DNA of 64,000 bases from Felis catus. Lineage: Eukaryota. Under the pieces are notes generated by a model. The model had not been told where the DNA came from, searched no databases, and saw only the letters and a list, made by a program, of their open reading frames with translations. Location of the stretch: the NCBI RefSeq assembly GCF_018350175.1, contig NC_058368.1, forward strand, positions 141,796,001-141,860,000. Reading direction: 5' to 3'. Positions 36,523 through 49,480 of this stretch are shown piece after piece. A program made the translations under genes and the position numbers. Within the stretch, counting starts at the first letter, position 1; every line of letters begins with the position of its first letter.

Positions 36523-37539
36523 ATATTAAAAGGTGAATAACAATGTTTTGTTATATCTATAAGGTTTTCATACCCAAAGTGTGGCTGTTAAATACTGAGA
36601 TGAGTCTATAAGCTAAACAATTATATATCTTTGTGTAGGCACTATTTGCAAATGTTCTCTGGTAAGTGAAAATGAAACTTCAAAAATGAGTTTTCCTCTT
36701 ATGTAGCGACTGATTTCTTAGAAGTGAGTAACTTCATGTTACACTAGGCATCTTAGATTTTGAAAACAATAACAGTAGTCTAATTCTTCAATGAAAGTAG
36801 CACAGAAAAAGGAATCAGAAACATAAACACTAACCAAACACTTTAAAAAGATTTGATAAAGGGCAGAGAGTTAGCCAATATGGTTATTTCCCTCAATTTC
36901 ACCATTAGTTTATTGCCTAACCCAAGATAAGCTTTCATTTTTTTTTTTTCAGGGCTATCTCTCCACCTGTAACTTGTAGCTTTACGAATGATTACCATGA
37001 TCTAGGAGAGCCTCTAAGGCCACAGGGCTCCATGTCCTCATCAATAGTAGGAATAAGTGGTACTACCTGGTCAAGGTATCTCCATATTTAAACCCCATGG
37101 TTCTAAATCCTGGGTAAGAGACACCTGTTAAAAATACAAGTCTTTTTTTTTTTTTTTTTTTTAAGAATGTCAGTGTAAGTCAAGTGGGGATATTTTACGT
37201 GGAACCACATTATTTATCAACAAGTATGTTAATAGCTATAAATATGACCACATGCAAAGATATGATAGCAGTAAATAAAAGCACAGAACAAGGAATCAGA
37301 AAACCTAGGCCCTGATCAAACAAGCCCTCTAAAAATATAGCCTCCAATAAAAAGCTAACACCAAAATGTGTTCTATCTCTACTCAGTAAATATCAGCTTC
37401 AAACCTCCCATGCTGTGAGACTTGTACATCTTGTTCCGTGAGTGCTGTATTCCATATCAAGCCCAATATCTGCTTGCCTTCAAAGCACTCTAAACTGCAC
37501 TCATCCTGCATTTACCACTTTTCTTACAGGTATTGGTGA

Positions 37540-39033
37540 CAAGACCTCAAAAGGATATGAACTATAAAATAAATATCTATGAGTCCATACCAACATAAAT
37601 AAATGATTGAATATGTAAGTAAACGGGAGAGATAAATTTCCTTACAGAACAATTCCAAATAATTTATGTAGATACTCCTCCCTGTGCGTGTGAGCTGGAC
37701 TCAGTGACTTACTTGCAAAGAAGAGAGTATGGAAAGGGTTGGGGAGGGACTTGATAGTGGAGGGGCCTAGAAAACACCATGTCAGCAAAGTGATTGAGGT
37801 TAACCTCTCTAGAGGTAAGTCATGGTGATAGCATGTACCTCCTGATGTGATATGATGGAAATTTTTTCTCTAGGACATCTTGCCTCCAAACTCCAGTTTA
37901 ATCATGATAATAACATCAGGCAAACCTGAATTGAAGGACATTCTACAAAATACCTAACCCGTACTCCTCAAAACTCTCAATGCTGAAGAGCGAGGGAAGA
38001 CTGAGGAACTTCCACAGTGTGGAATCCCAGAAGGGATCCTAGAATGAAAAAGGGATATTAGCAGAAAAGCTAGTAAAATCCAAACAAAGTCTGGATTTTG
38101 TAAATAATACTGTACTCATGTTGGTTTGTTAATTTTGGCAAACGTAACGTGGGTATTTAAGATGTTACTATTGGGGAGAGTAGACAATGGGAACTCTCTG
38201 TACTGTCTTTGTAGCTCTTCTTTAAATGAAAATTTATCCAAACTAAAAAGTTTGTTAACAAAAACATGACCTGTGGCTCCTGGGTGGCTCATTCAGTTGA
38301 GCGTCTGACTTCTGACTTTGGCTCAGGTCATGATCCCAGAGTTGTGGGATAGAGTCCCACTCTGAGTGTGGAGCCTGCTTGGGATTCTTTCTCTCCCCCT
38401 GCCCCTCTCCTCTGCTTTCTGTCTCTCTCTGTCTCTTTCAAATAAAAAAAAAAGAAATAAAGAAATAAATGACCCCAAAGTATTGAAAACAGAAAGCTCA
38501 AACAAATACGTACACATGAATGTTCATAAAAGCAGTGTTCATAATAGCCAAAAGGTAGAAACAACCCAAGTGTCTATCAGTGGATGAATATATAAATAAA
38601 TTGTAACATATTCATGTAATGGAATATTATTCAGCCATAAAAAGAATGTAATACTGTTGTGTGCTACATCATGAAATAACCTAAGTAACGTTATGCTAAA
38701 TAAAAGAAGCCAGAAACAAAAGGTCACATATTTTATGATTCCAGTTACATGAAATATCCAGAATATGTCAATCCATAGAGACAGAAAGCAGATTGGTGGT
38801 TACCAGGGGCTGGAGAAGTGAAATGTTTTGGAACTAGAGAAGGTAGTTATTGTACAACATTGTGAATGTATTAAATGACACTGAACTGTTACCTTTAAAA
38901 TGATTAATGTTGGGACGCTTGGGTGGCTCAGTTAAGCGTCTGACTCTTGCTATCGGCTCAGGTCATGATCTCATGGTTCATGGGAATGAACTCCATTTCA
39001 GGCTTTGTGTTGGCAGTGCAGAGCCTGCTTAGG

Positions 39034-39076
<43 letters not shown>

Positions 39077-39175
39077 CTCCCCTGCTCATGTGCATGCTTT
39101 CTCTCTCAAAATAAACATTTTTAAAAAATAAAATCGTCAATGTTATATTATGAGAGTTTCACTTCAATTATAAAG
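37540..39175 (+). mobile_element. Old L1MC/MD and L1MB 3' fragments with two CanSINEs (38273-38465 and 38912-39128)
   Basis: L1M 3'UTR motifs (aaatatctatgagtccatac; gacattctacaaaatacc; gggaactctctgtactgtctttg; aatagccaaaaggtagaaacaacccaagtgtc) and two SINE heads and tails. Confidence 0.85.
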
Positions 39176-39764
39176 AAGGAAGTAATCTAAATGTTGAGTT
39201 TGATGAGAGTCTCAGCTAAGAGACAGAGTAAGAGAAAACCGGTCTAGAGTGACAGACGAACTATATAAAAAATGAGTGGGAGCTAGCAATCTGAAGATAG
39301 GAAATGAATAAGCTGTCATCTAGAAAAAGATATCAAAGAACTTAAGACTGTATTTCTAGGAAATGTTATGTGGACCTTATTATCAAAAGGAAATTCTTAT
39401 TTAAGTCAGGAACAATTCTGCATTTTTAGTGCTCTTCAACTTTTCTCAGAATATATTTTTCCAATGATCAAGAACAGGGTTCTCCACATCTAGAAAATAA
39501 ACTTCAGAAGGGAGATCACATCTACCATTTTTGCACTGAATTCTTAGAGCCTAGAAAAATGCCTGGTATACATTGGTAGGCCCTCAATAAAAACTGGCTA
39601 AATTTATGAATTTTGACAAATGTGGGATATACTTTTGGTAAAGATTAGTAATAAAATATTTTGTTTTGTTTCAGTTATTTTTTTTTACAAATGTTGCCAC
39701 TATAATAATTAATGTGCTATTGTTACTCTGTACTATTGTTCATCAATATACATATTTTTAGCTT

Positions 39765-39915
39765 TTTTCCCCCTTTTTTTAATGTTTATTTATTTTCATA
39801 TGCATGAGAGAGTGCAAGAGAGAGCATGCACAAGGGAGAGGCGGAAAGAGAGAAAATCCCAACCAGGCTCCATGCTCAGTGCAAAGCCCTACGTAGGGCT
39901 CGATCTCAAACCCCC
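39765..39915 (-). mobile_element. 5'-truncated CanSINE
   Basis: ttttaatgtttatttattt tail and 'atcccaaccaggctccatgctcagtgcaaagccc...gggctcgatctca'. Confidence 0.8.
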
Positions 39916-40056
39916 ATATTTTTAAATCTTAATGAACTCTTCTGATGCAATGGCGAGCTTTTGATAAGAGTTTAAAAGATTATCATAAACCAAATTGTAA
40001 ACTTTATTTAACTTAAGCACGGGCAAAATAATTTGTTTTTTAAACTCATTCATTCA

Positions 40057-40841
40057 AGACACTTCTCTAAAGAAGACATCCAGATGGCCAACAGGCACAT
40101 GAAAAGATGCTCAACGTCACTCCTCATCAGGGAAATACAAATCAAAACCACACGCAGATACCACCTCACACCAGAATGGCTAAAATGAACAAATCAGGAG
40201 ACTATAGATGCTGGAGAAGATGTGCACTGTTGGTGGGAATGCAAACTGGTGCAGCCACTCTGGAAAACAGTGTGGAGGTTCCTCAAAAAATTAAAAATAG
40301 ATCTACCCTATGACCCAGCAATAGAACTGCTAGGAATTTACCCAAGGGATACAGGAGTGCTGATGCATAGGGGCACTTGTAGCCCAATGTTTAAAGCAGC
40401 ACTGTCAACAATAGCCAAATTATGGAAAGAGCCTAAATGTCCATCGACTGATGAATGGATAAAGAAATTGTGGTTTATATACACAATGGAATACTACGTG
40501 ATGACATATGGCCTTTGGTAAAACGTGGATGGAAATGGAGAGGGTTATGCTAAGTGAAATAAGTCATACAGAGAAAGACAGATACCATATGTTTTCACTC
40601 TTACATGGATCCTGAGAAACTTAACAGAAGACCATGAGGGAGGGGAAGGAAAAAAAAAAGGTTAGAGAGGGAGGGAGCCAAAACATAGGAGACCCTTAAA
40701 AACTGAGAACAAAGAGGGTTGATGAGGGGTGGGAGGGAGGGGAGGGTGGGTGATGGGTATTGAAGAGGCCACCTGTTGGGATGAGCACTGGGTGTTGTAT
40801 GGAAACCAATTTGACAATAAATTTCTTATTTAAAAAAAAAA
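40057..40841 (+). mobile_element. 5'-truncated felid L1 (same family as 1473-2144)
   Basis: ORF 40222-40521 ([23 protein letters not shown]...) is the ORF2 C-terminus; G-rich 3'UTR; TSD taaactcattcattca at 40041-40056 and 40842-40857. Confidence 0.95.
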
Positions 40842-40857
40842 TAAACTCATTCATTCA

Positions 40858-40910
40858 GAGGCAACTGGGTGGCTGAGTCGGTTAACTGTCTGACTCTTGA
40901 TCTCAGCTCA

Positions 40911-40912
<2 letters not shown>
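40858..40912 (+). mobile_element. CanSINE 5' head only
   Basis: gaggcaactgggtggctgagtcggttaactgtctgactcttgatctcagctcagg, then an abrupt switch to (AT)n. Confidence 0.85.
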
Positions 40913-40955
<43 letters not shown>

Positions 40956-41062
40956 TATATATGTATATATATATACATATATATGTGTGTGTGTGTATAT
41001 ATGTATATACATATACATATATATACATATATATGTATATATATATACACACACACATACAC
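40913..41062. repeat. (TA)n/(CA)n/(TG)n compound repeat containing a perfect 66-bp palindrome (40937-41002)
   Basis: Base-by-base check: 40937-41002 equals its own reverse complement. Confidence 0.95.
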
Positions 41063-41429
41063 ACTCATTTATACAGTTGAAATCCCCCATCCTTTGTCAG
41101 TGTCCCTAGGTCTCTGCCCACTTTGCTGTCTACCTTTGCTGATACAGTAGCTAGAATCTTTAAACACAGGCTCTTTGAGCTAAATATGAGGATAGAGAAC
41201 TATCTAGATTTTGATGAAGCCATTTTTTATACTATAATTCTACTTGTAATCATTTACGTGACAGGGACTATGAACAACAACCAATCATTCCCTTCAGTGA
41301 TTTATAGAGCAACATTGCATCTAGAGGAGATAGGTTAGTTAACCTGCAAAGTTTAAAAGTTAAAACATACAAAGGTCAAAACTTTCCTTCATGTAAGAAC
41401 ACTTTGTAGAATAATGATGTCCTTGAAGG

Positions 41430-41640
41430 GCAGGCTGTGCGAACTGCTGTAGTTTATTTTTCTGCTCCATCCATCACTGTGTAACCTCTGGTGTGAGACT
41501 GATTCCTTAGACTCATGTCCTCAGCTGTCAAGAAGGGTGACAATAGTACCAACCCCACAGGCTGCTTGTGAGGACTGCTGGAGCTGATTTACCTAAAGCT
41601 TCCAGAACAGAACTGTCAACTCATGCCAGCCATTATTATT
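41430..41640 (+). mobile_element. MIR
   Basis: 'ctgctccatccatcactgtgtaacc...cctcagctgtcaagaagggtgacaatagtaccaacc...gtgaggact'. Confidence 0.7.
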
Positions 41641-41970
41641 ACTATCAACAGCATTACTATGTAATATTGTGATCATAAAATGAAAAATAGGCCTTTTAAA
41701 ATTATTTCCTCAAAGAACAAAGATTTTCTTCAGAAACTGGTAAGTTGCTTAATGATAAGTTATATTTTGTACAAAAGATCTCCTGCCAAGATTATGCATA
41801 TGTTCTGTAAGCAATCCTACTGAAGATTTGAAGAAGAAAAAGAAGTCCATGCAAAAAGGAAAACTATAATGTTGGAGGAGACATACCCTTCATTTATAAG
41901 TTTTATAGCAGCCAAGTATCTCAGTACCAGTAATTAACCCAAAGGATATACATTTTAAAACATCACTTAA

Positions 41971-42185
41971 GGAGCACATGGGTGGCTCAATTAGTTAAGC
42001 GCCTGACTCTTGATTTTGACTCAGGTCATGATCTCATGATTCGTGAGATCCAACCTCACATTAGGTTCTATGCTGATAGGGCAGAGCCTTCTTTGGAGTC
42101 TCTCTCTTCCTCTCTCTCTCGCTGTTACTCCTCTGTTCTATCTCTCTCACTCTCAAAATAAATAAGTAAACTTTAAAAAAAAATA
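41971..42185 (+). mobile_element. CanSINE (older)
   Basis: ggagcacatgggtggctcaattagttaagc head, (CT)-rich region, aataaa tail. Confidence 0.9.
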
Positions 42186-43269
42186 AAATATCAATAAAAT
42201 GCCATTTCATCTAGAATCTTCAACATATAAGTTTAGGGGCCACAGAACATACTGGTTTCTTTCTGAGATATGTGAAAAATTAATTCTTAAGATACATGAT
42301 ATCCTTTAAGATTAATTTTAATAACTAAAGCATTTCAGTAAAATGAGTTTATAGAAATAATTGTTTATAAATAAATATTATACAGGTCAGGAAATCAGTC
42401 ACATAGGAATCTAGAGAAATAATTGTTCTACAAGGTGCAAATGCCTTAGGAAGAATAATCTGAAAAACACTTGTGTTGACTGGAGGGAGGAAATTTGTTA
42501 TCTAAGTGAGATCTAGAACTGGAAACAGGTCAGCAAGTCCCCTTTCCCCAGTTCCACCATTTGTCATGCAGCCAAAGACGAAGCTCTCAATTTCATTATG
42601 CTGCTGTGTTCCTGTCTCTATCTAAATAATACTTGCCACTTATCCCCATTAACAGATATGCTGTGAGTATTCAAGAGATAATATTAGTTAAGAACCTTAA
42701 CTTGCCCATAAACACAAAACCTTATCCCTGATAAATATGATGGTTACTTTGGCAGGCTCTGTTAAAGATGTTTGGTGCTTGCCAATGGCGAGGATAAAAA
42801 GGATAAGCCAAGTGAGTGGCTCCAACATGACCTTGGTCCAGATTTGGGAGTGGCCAGAGTGAGGTGGGGAAAGCTAAGTGGTGGGTCTATACATGGGGTG
42901 CCTGAGGGCCTTTGATGAGAATGAAGGTCCAAGATTGCCTGTCTGGGTGGCTGAGACAGTTGGAGGTCTAGACAAGAAGATTTGTTCAGCACTGGACAGC
43001 TCCCAGCCTAAATGAGTCCACCTTGGAGGGAAGAAAGTCCTTCTTTCTCCCAACCTTTCCCAGGAGAAACTGAAGACGGTCAACAATGGCCTTTGTTCAC
43101 TCTTCCAGAAGAGCAAATCTGAAAATGCATTAAACATTTTAAACCTTTCTTAAATACTGAAAATAACAAAAACAGCAATGGGGATTTGGATTTTAATCAC
43201 CCACATGCATGCATCTAAAAACAATGACTTTTTTTTTTTTTTTAATTTAAATGTGCTCCTCCAGTGCTG

Positions 43270-43720
43270 TGCGTGGAAAAAAAGCAAACTTCATTTTCTG
43301 TCTTCGCCTTTTGGTTTTATAGGGACAAAATGCAGAATAAACTTCCTTAATTTTCACTTCAGTGTTTGCAGCTTAGGATTCCATTAATATATCCTTTCCC
43401 TCGGTTGTGCAGGGTCCTCGTTTGCAGTCAGTTCATTCCACACTGATGTATATTTCATTGCCCAAGGCTTAATTTTGATTTATTGTCCATCCATAAATTA
43501 GAAAAATATGCTCTGGAATTCCATCCCGCTGAAAAGCTGTGCCTGATGTCAGGGGACTGGGTGATATTTAAGATGTCAGAAATACATATTGGATTAGTGT
43601 GCTTTGTTTCCCCACAACAGCAGGTGTTTAATCATAGCTGATGGCTGAAGTTAAATGCATTAGGACAGCAGCAGCCAAGAAGATGGAGTTTTTCTAAACC
43701 ATACAAACTCCAGGATAAAT
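43270..43720. promoter_or_regulatory. Candidate conserved non-coding element/enhancer
   Basis: Repeat-free; TGATTTAT (43476) beside CCATAAAT (43491), two TGTCA sites, GGATTA, E-box CAGGTG. Confidence 0.35.
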
Positions 43721-43884
43721 AACTCAAAACTAATTGTGTGTCCACATCTTAGATACATTTTTATTTACTTAATACATTAAACAATGAAAATAGCCTCTGG
43801 CACTTAACTTCATGTTTAAGAGCCTGTACAAATATTTTATATTAGTGAAGTGTTGGCTGTTTAAACATAATTACTATTTCCCTT

Positions 43885-43903
43885 ACTGGCCCTCTGGCGG
43901 TTT
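43885..43903 (-). promoter_or_regulatory. Putative CTCF site
   Basis: Minus strand reads aaaCCGCCAGAGGGCCAGt, matching the CTCF core CCRSYAGRKGGC closely; isolated GC patch in AT-rich DNA. Confidence 0.5.
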
Positions 43904-45347
43904 TATGTAAAATATTTCTTAAAGCAGAAAAAGAATAAAGGCTGAAATCTCTCAGTAATTCAAGGATAAGAAATTTTTAGGGTTTGCTTTTTTTAAAAAA
44001 TATAATTTGAAATGCCTATATCTGTCTATATGCCCATTTTGCCATAATCCAAATGATGCTCCACATACCTACTGACCAGGAATTTTCCTTCCTCTTTTTG
44101 TAAGTACCGGATCTCTTTGCCATTATGTTTATATTAATTAGAGTTCTATGTGTATAGAAAAATGATCAGGCTTGGTCTGGAGCAATTTAACTGGAGGCTG
44201 GAGAGAAGACGCTTAGGAGAGCAAACATTTTCAAGGTGCAACCGGTGACCTGTAACAAGCCAGAGAGATTCATGGCGAGAATCGTATATTTTGACACAAC
44301 AGTGATTTGATTAAAAGAGAAAGTAATGGTTTTAAACAGTCACTATGAGGATGTAGCCAGACTTTGGTAGCTTTTTGCAATTTACTTTACAGACCAGTGA
44401 TAGAGCAGGAGAGAGAACCTTTGCTGCTGAAACAGGCCACTTGAATTTGGAAACAAATATAAGCAAAAATCGAGTGGTTGAAACTAGTTTTCTTCCCCAT
44501 CCTTTTTTCCCCCTTTCTTTTTTTAAACACACATCTATGGCAAAGGCAGGATAATACCAAGGAAAATAAAATATTGAGGTCATTTTGAGAATGGAAATAG
44601 AAGTGGATTTAATTTTTGTTTGATGGTTTTAAAAGAATTAATTTTGGAATCAGACTCAATTGAACCAGTCTGAAAAGAAAAGAAAGTCTCTACATCTTGA
44701 GAAAAGTAAAAATTTGTATTAGAAAACTGAAACAGTTAATTTATTTCACTCAGATAAGCAGTATGATCCCCAAGAATAACTAACATATAGCATTCAACAT
44801 AGCATCAAATTTAATTCTAATATAGTAGTTGAGAATAGTGCAGTGTGGCTTAAACAAAATAGCTTTAAAAAGAGGATTAATAAAACCTTGTTCAGTGAAA
44901 AAGTGTGAGTTACAAAACATTCTAATAGTATGATCCTATTAACATAAGAATATAAGATAGAACAATGAAAGACATCCTATATATGTGCATATGTCCAAGA
45001 ATAATTATATCACCACAGAAAAGGGTCTGAAAGCAAACTGAGAACAATAATTGTTCTTGAGAAGGGGATTCTAATTTTTTACTCTATATACTTTAGTGTT
45101 GTTTGATTTTTATTTATGATAACGTCTTAGGATATAACTTATATAAATGAATTTCTAAAGAATCTGAGTAAAGTTCTGTTTTCAAGGGGAAAAAAGAGGG
45201 TTATTCCCTATTTTGATACATATATCCTGCCCGAATAAAGATCAGTTGTAATTATTCTTGTGATAAGTATGTGTTGAATGAAATCGCCAGTGAATGTTGT
45301 TATAGGGTAAATCCTTTGAAGAAAAAGTTTTAAAAATTACAGCTCCC

Positions 45348-45452
45348 GGGTGCCATGCTGGCTCAGTCAGTAGAGCGTGAGACACTTAATCTCAGGGTTG
45401 TGTGTTGGGCCCCATGTTGGGCATAGAGGTTACTTAAAAATAAAATCTTAAA
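45348..45452 (+). mobile_element. Short tRNA-Lys-derived carnivore SINE (no CT tract)
   Basis: gctggctcagtcagtagagcgtgagacacttaatctcagggttgtg...ccccatgttgggc followed by a ttacttaaaaataaaatctt tail; TSD aaaaattacag at 45332-45342 and 45453-45463. Confidence 0.85.
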
Positions 45453-45979
45453 AAAAATTACAGTCTCAATGAGGTGTTCGCATGGAGCAAGCTCACTACC
45501 ACCTTAGTTTTCTCATGGAAGCTCATTTATTCCCCCTCATCCTCAGCCTCAATGACCATGTAAGGTGGTTGCCTCAACCACTAAGCATTTAACCCGCAAG
45601 GTAATTCACTTCACACAAAACAATACCAAAAAAAAAAAAAAAAAAAAAAAAAGTACTAACACTGCTCTCCATCTAGAATTTTTAATAATAATATTTTCCT
45701 TGGTAAAATTTTATGTTTTTCACCAGCCTGATATTTAAAGTAATATGTTGGTGCTTTGGTTTTTTTTTATAAAAGAAGATTGTAAAATGCATTTCTCATT
45801 TATTACAATCATTTTCATACCCTTTAATATCTTTTCCTGTTTTGCAACTGACATCCCAAAGTTCTTCAACAATTTTAACTCAATATTTTAACTCATATTC
45901 TTAGGAAAAAATAGCTATGTGGCATTAAGACTCTCACTCTGAACTGTGTCATATTCTTTCTAGTACTTTTAGCCTGAGT

Positions 45980-46378
45980 CTTGTAGGTCAGGCTATCCAG
46001 GAAACAGACTCTTATATGAAGATTTCTTTCAGGAGGTTTATTGGAGGGTACTCTTAGAGCCGCACTGACGGGGAGAGAAGGCAAGAAGAAAGGAGGAGAG
46101 GAGATGGGCAGGTGCTATGCGGTCACCACAAAGGCCTCAGCTGATCCCACAAGGAGATTTGGGGCTGGGTGGTCCTGCAGAGTCCTTCTCCCTTTGTACC
46201 TCACACTGGTTAGCCACCAGATATAGGCTGACCCTAGAAGGGAGTGTAACTTTGGGAAAGATGGCTCCCTTTAGGAGAGGATAGCTCCTGGAGAGGAATC
46301 AACACTCCCAGCAGCTGTAGGAATAAGTGCTTTGGTCTTAAAGGGGGCTCTGAGTGGTGCACCCCATATCAACCACAT
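45980..46378. mobile_element. ERVL LTR16-like solo LTR
   Basis: 'gtaggtcaggctatccaggaaacagactct...aggaggtttattggaggg', 'aaggcctcagctgatcccacaaggag', terminal 'ccaca'. Confidence 0.75.
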
Positions 46379-47744
46379 GGAGTTTCCAGGTCTCAATATC
46401 TTCATTTTCATCTACAAAAAGCATGCTCATTAAACAGTGGCTAGAGCACCTCACTAAAACAAAGGGAAGAAAGGAGCAAACTTCATTGAGGAAAAAGCAT
46501 GAGAAAACATGATTTTAAGGCATTTATGGTAAATGACGCTAAAAGTCAAAGGGAGAAAAACATTCCATGGTTGTCATGGAAGCAGTAAAACAGGAAAAGA
46601 CAATGATGCAATGAGTGGCTCTGAGATTTTTGTCTCCAAATTTTCTTGATTCTCTCATACCGCAGGACAATTTTTCTGCTTTGTTTCTTGTATTTGCATC
46701 AGAAATAATTAACGACACATCTTATGAATGTGTCTGGAGACTATTAACTAGAATTTTCTATTATGCATGCAGTAGAATGGCTCATATATATATATTACAT
46801 CAAGTACATGATATTTTGTTTGGAAGAAAAAAGTGGAGAACATCAGGCAGCCATGACTGTTTCCCTGGTTTTCTGTTCCAAGGAAACCTGGTTCTAAGAG
46901 GAGCTGGTACAGATATAGTGGATTTGCAGAGCAAACGGGGAGAGTGGGCTTTATCAAATGCTCAGGGACCAAGGAGGACACCTTCTGCACTGGGAAGAGT
47001 GCTGTTGACCTGTCCTCATCAACATATGGCAACCTGAACCTTAACTCTGCCTTTGCAGCCTGGAAATGGAATAGGCATATTTTGAAGCAAATGACATTAA
47101 TTAAGTTTAGGTATATAGGAAGGAGAAACATAAGTATTTTAAAGAGCTTGTTCACAGGAATGTTTATTCAACCTCTGGTAGCCTAAACAGAAAATCTTTA
47201 TGTCTGAGAAACAAAAAGCTTGACATATTATGTTTTTCTAATACATCACACAAAAAATTAGATTCTACTAGCATTGCCCAAACATATTCTTCCTCCAGAC
47301 ACAGTCTTTAAGTAAAATACAAATCCTGCTTGTTCTAACACATAAGAAAATGAAGACACTCAAAGTAAATATCTTTCTAAACATCTCCACAATATGACTC
47401 CCCAACACACATGTTTATATCCATATTAAAAATTTGACAGGGGCAACAGATACGTGTATACCAAGTACAAAAATAGTGGGGCTAATTGTCTATAGTCCTC
47501 GCAAGATCTAGGATTATTAAGCACCCAATCTACATTAGTTATTATATTAGTAGGATCACTGGCTCTTAGACTTGAGATTTGACCCCTATTACTGTTTCCT
47601 TTAAAATTTAACCCTTGAAGATAGTTTGTGTGGTGGAGCAAATGTAGAAGTAAACAAGGGGAGATAAAGAGACAAGAAGGGGAATAAGCAACAAACAAAC
47701 ACTATTACAATGAAATATCCTAATGATGAGGGTAATAGTTAATA

Positions 47745-48090
47745 TAGGTTGGATGCTTTCTGAGATTTCCTTCTCAGGGATTTATATATACTACCTTAAT
47801 AATCAGAGCAATAACCCTAAGAAGTTGAACTGTCATCATCTCCACTTCTACAGATGAGGACACTGAGGCTTGGAGAGCCTAGGGAGCTATGTAGCACAGA
47901 TAGGAGGTGATCAATGAAATCACAGCTCAAGAAGGCCACTTCTGTGTAAGAATGGCTTATGTTTCTGAGTAAGGCCCTATCTATCTACAGACTCTTGAAA
48001 GTTAGGGCTACAAGAGACTTTCAAGATGAAGAGAGCATCCTGACCATGCCTCTCCTACTATAGGCAAGGAAACTGAGGCCCAGAGCAAAA
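47745..48090 (-). mobile_element. MIR fragments
   Basis: 'ctccacttctacagatgaggacactgaggcttggagag' and 'aaggaaactgaggcccagag'. Confidence 0.7.
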
Positions 48091-49309
48091 AACAGGGTAG
48101 CCCTACATTGCTTCTGTGTTCATGTACGTCGTCTCCCAGAAACATACGTAATTACATGATAAATGATACCATGGTCTGCAATATTTCTATTTGCTCTGGT
48201 AATAAATCATCAGGACATTGAAATGTCTTGGATTATGTGACCAGACCCACAGTCTTTACTTTCATGTGGATTATAGAACTAAGCACACTGACCTAGCTTG
48301 CCAGGAGAAAACATTTTAGATCTTCAGGTTCCCTTCAGAACACATTGAATAGTGTTTCTGAGGATCAGCCCAGTTTGTCCTGGAGTTCTGATGCCATCTG
48401 ATGCTGGGACAATGAGAGCAGCCCCTGCTATCTGGAACTGAGAAGATTCAGGAATGCTCTAACATCTGAAATTGATTTTCGGGAAGAGTCGTGGAATTCC
48501 TAGGGGCCACAGCACCAGTGTGGCCCTTGTTAGCCCTGCATTCATGGACTTAGAGCCATCTGAGAGCAGGGACTCAGTTTAAGGATGAGAACACCCTCAA
48601 CAACCTTGGCTCATCATTTTTATTTCGGGAGAAAGGAACATTAAAAGACCAGTTCTTCAACTGTAGAGCTGGGTTGCCCCATACCCCACTTGACATTACA
48701 AAGAATGTACCTTAAGCCAATGATTTCTGAGTTCTACAAGGATCACTCTTTTGTCAGAAAATGTAAGTGGCTAGACATTTGAAGGCTGAAAAGCATCTGC
48801 ATATACTAAACAAGACTAGGTTTTCCTTATTCCTCTCCTATAAGCAATTCTTAGCTACTCCAAAAAATCATCATGTATTTATTCATCAAACATTGGTTCA
48901 GCCTAGGCTGGAGGAATTTACTTCAGTAACTGAATTATAGTCACCCAGTGGTTTGGTGACAGATTCTGTGCTACAACCTAAGTATTTTGAGTCCAACGTT
49001 TTACATCCTGAAAATATGCCAGACTTGTCTCTTAGGCTTCATTGTTTTGGGATCATTCCCTGTTGCTAAGGTTTTAAGTGTCTGCCCTTTGTTCCAGGAA
49101 CACCTTGTGCTTTGTTCAGAGAGAAGTCATTGGGAGCTGTCACGCCATCATTCCTGCTTTGGAAAAGTCCCAGATTTCTCTGCTCATATTCTCTTCTTTT
49201 CCTAAATGAGAGTTAAAGCTTGGGATCTTGTGATTGCATTTTATATTGCTCAAATTTAGATATTCTCAAATAGACACAGAGTGTTACAAAGGGAAACATA
49301 CCTGTGCTG

Positions 49310-49480
49310 TGAAAATAGGCCACCCTGTGTTTGGATAAGACACTTAACCTCTCTGAGCATTTCTCATCTCTAACATGGAAAGAACGATTCCTACCTGGTA
49401 GGACTGTCATGAAGCATAATGATACATGTATACACTGTTTGGCATATACTAGATAGCCAATAACTGGTAGCCACCACCAT
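49310..49480 (+). mobile_element. MIR
   Basis: 'ttggataagacacttaacctctctgagcatttctcatctctaacatgg...cctacctggtaggactgtcatgaag'. Confidence 0.75.

Noticed and set aside
40720..40760. G-quadruplex-like G-rich tract
   Set aside because: Standard feature of the L1 3'UTR, not locus-specific
41716..41745. Possible 24-nt micro-exon ending CTG|GTAAGT
   Set aside because: Weak acceptor and no partner exons; such signals are expected by chance in 64 kb
45348..45425. Apparent tRNA-Lys gene
   Set aside because: Degenerate T-arm/B-box, SINE tail and TSD indicate a retroposed SINE
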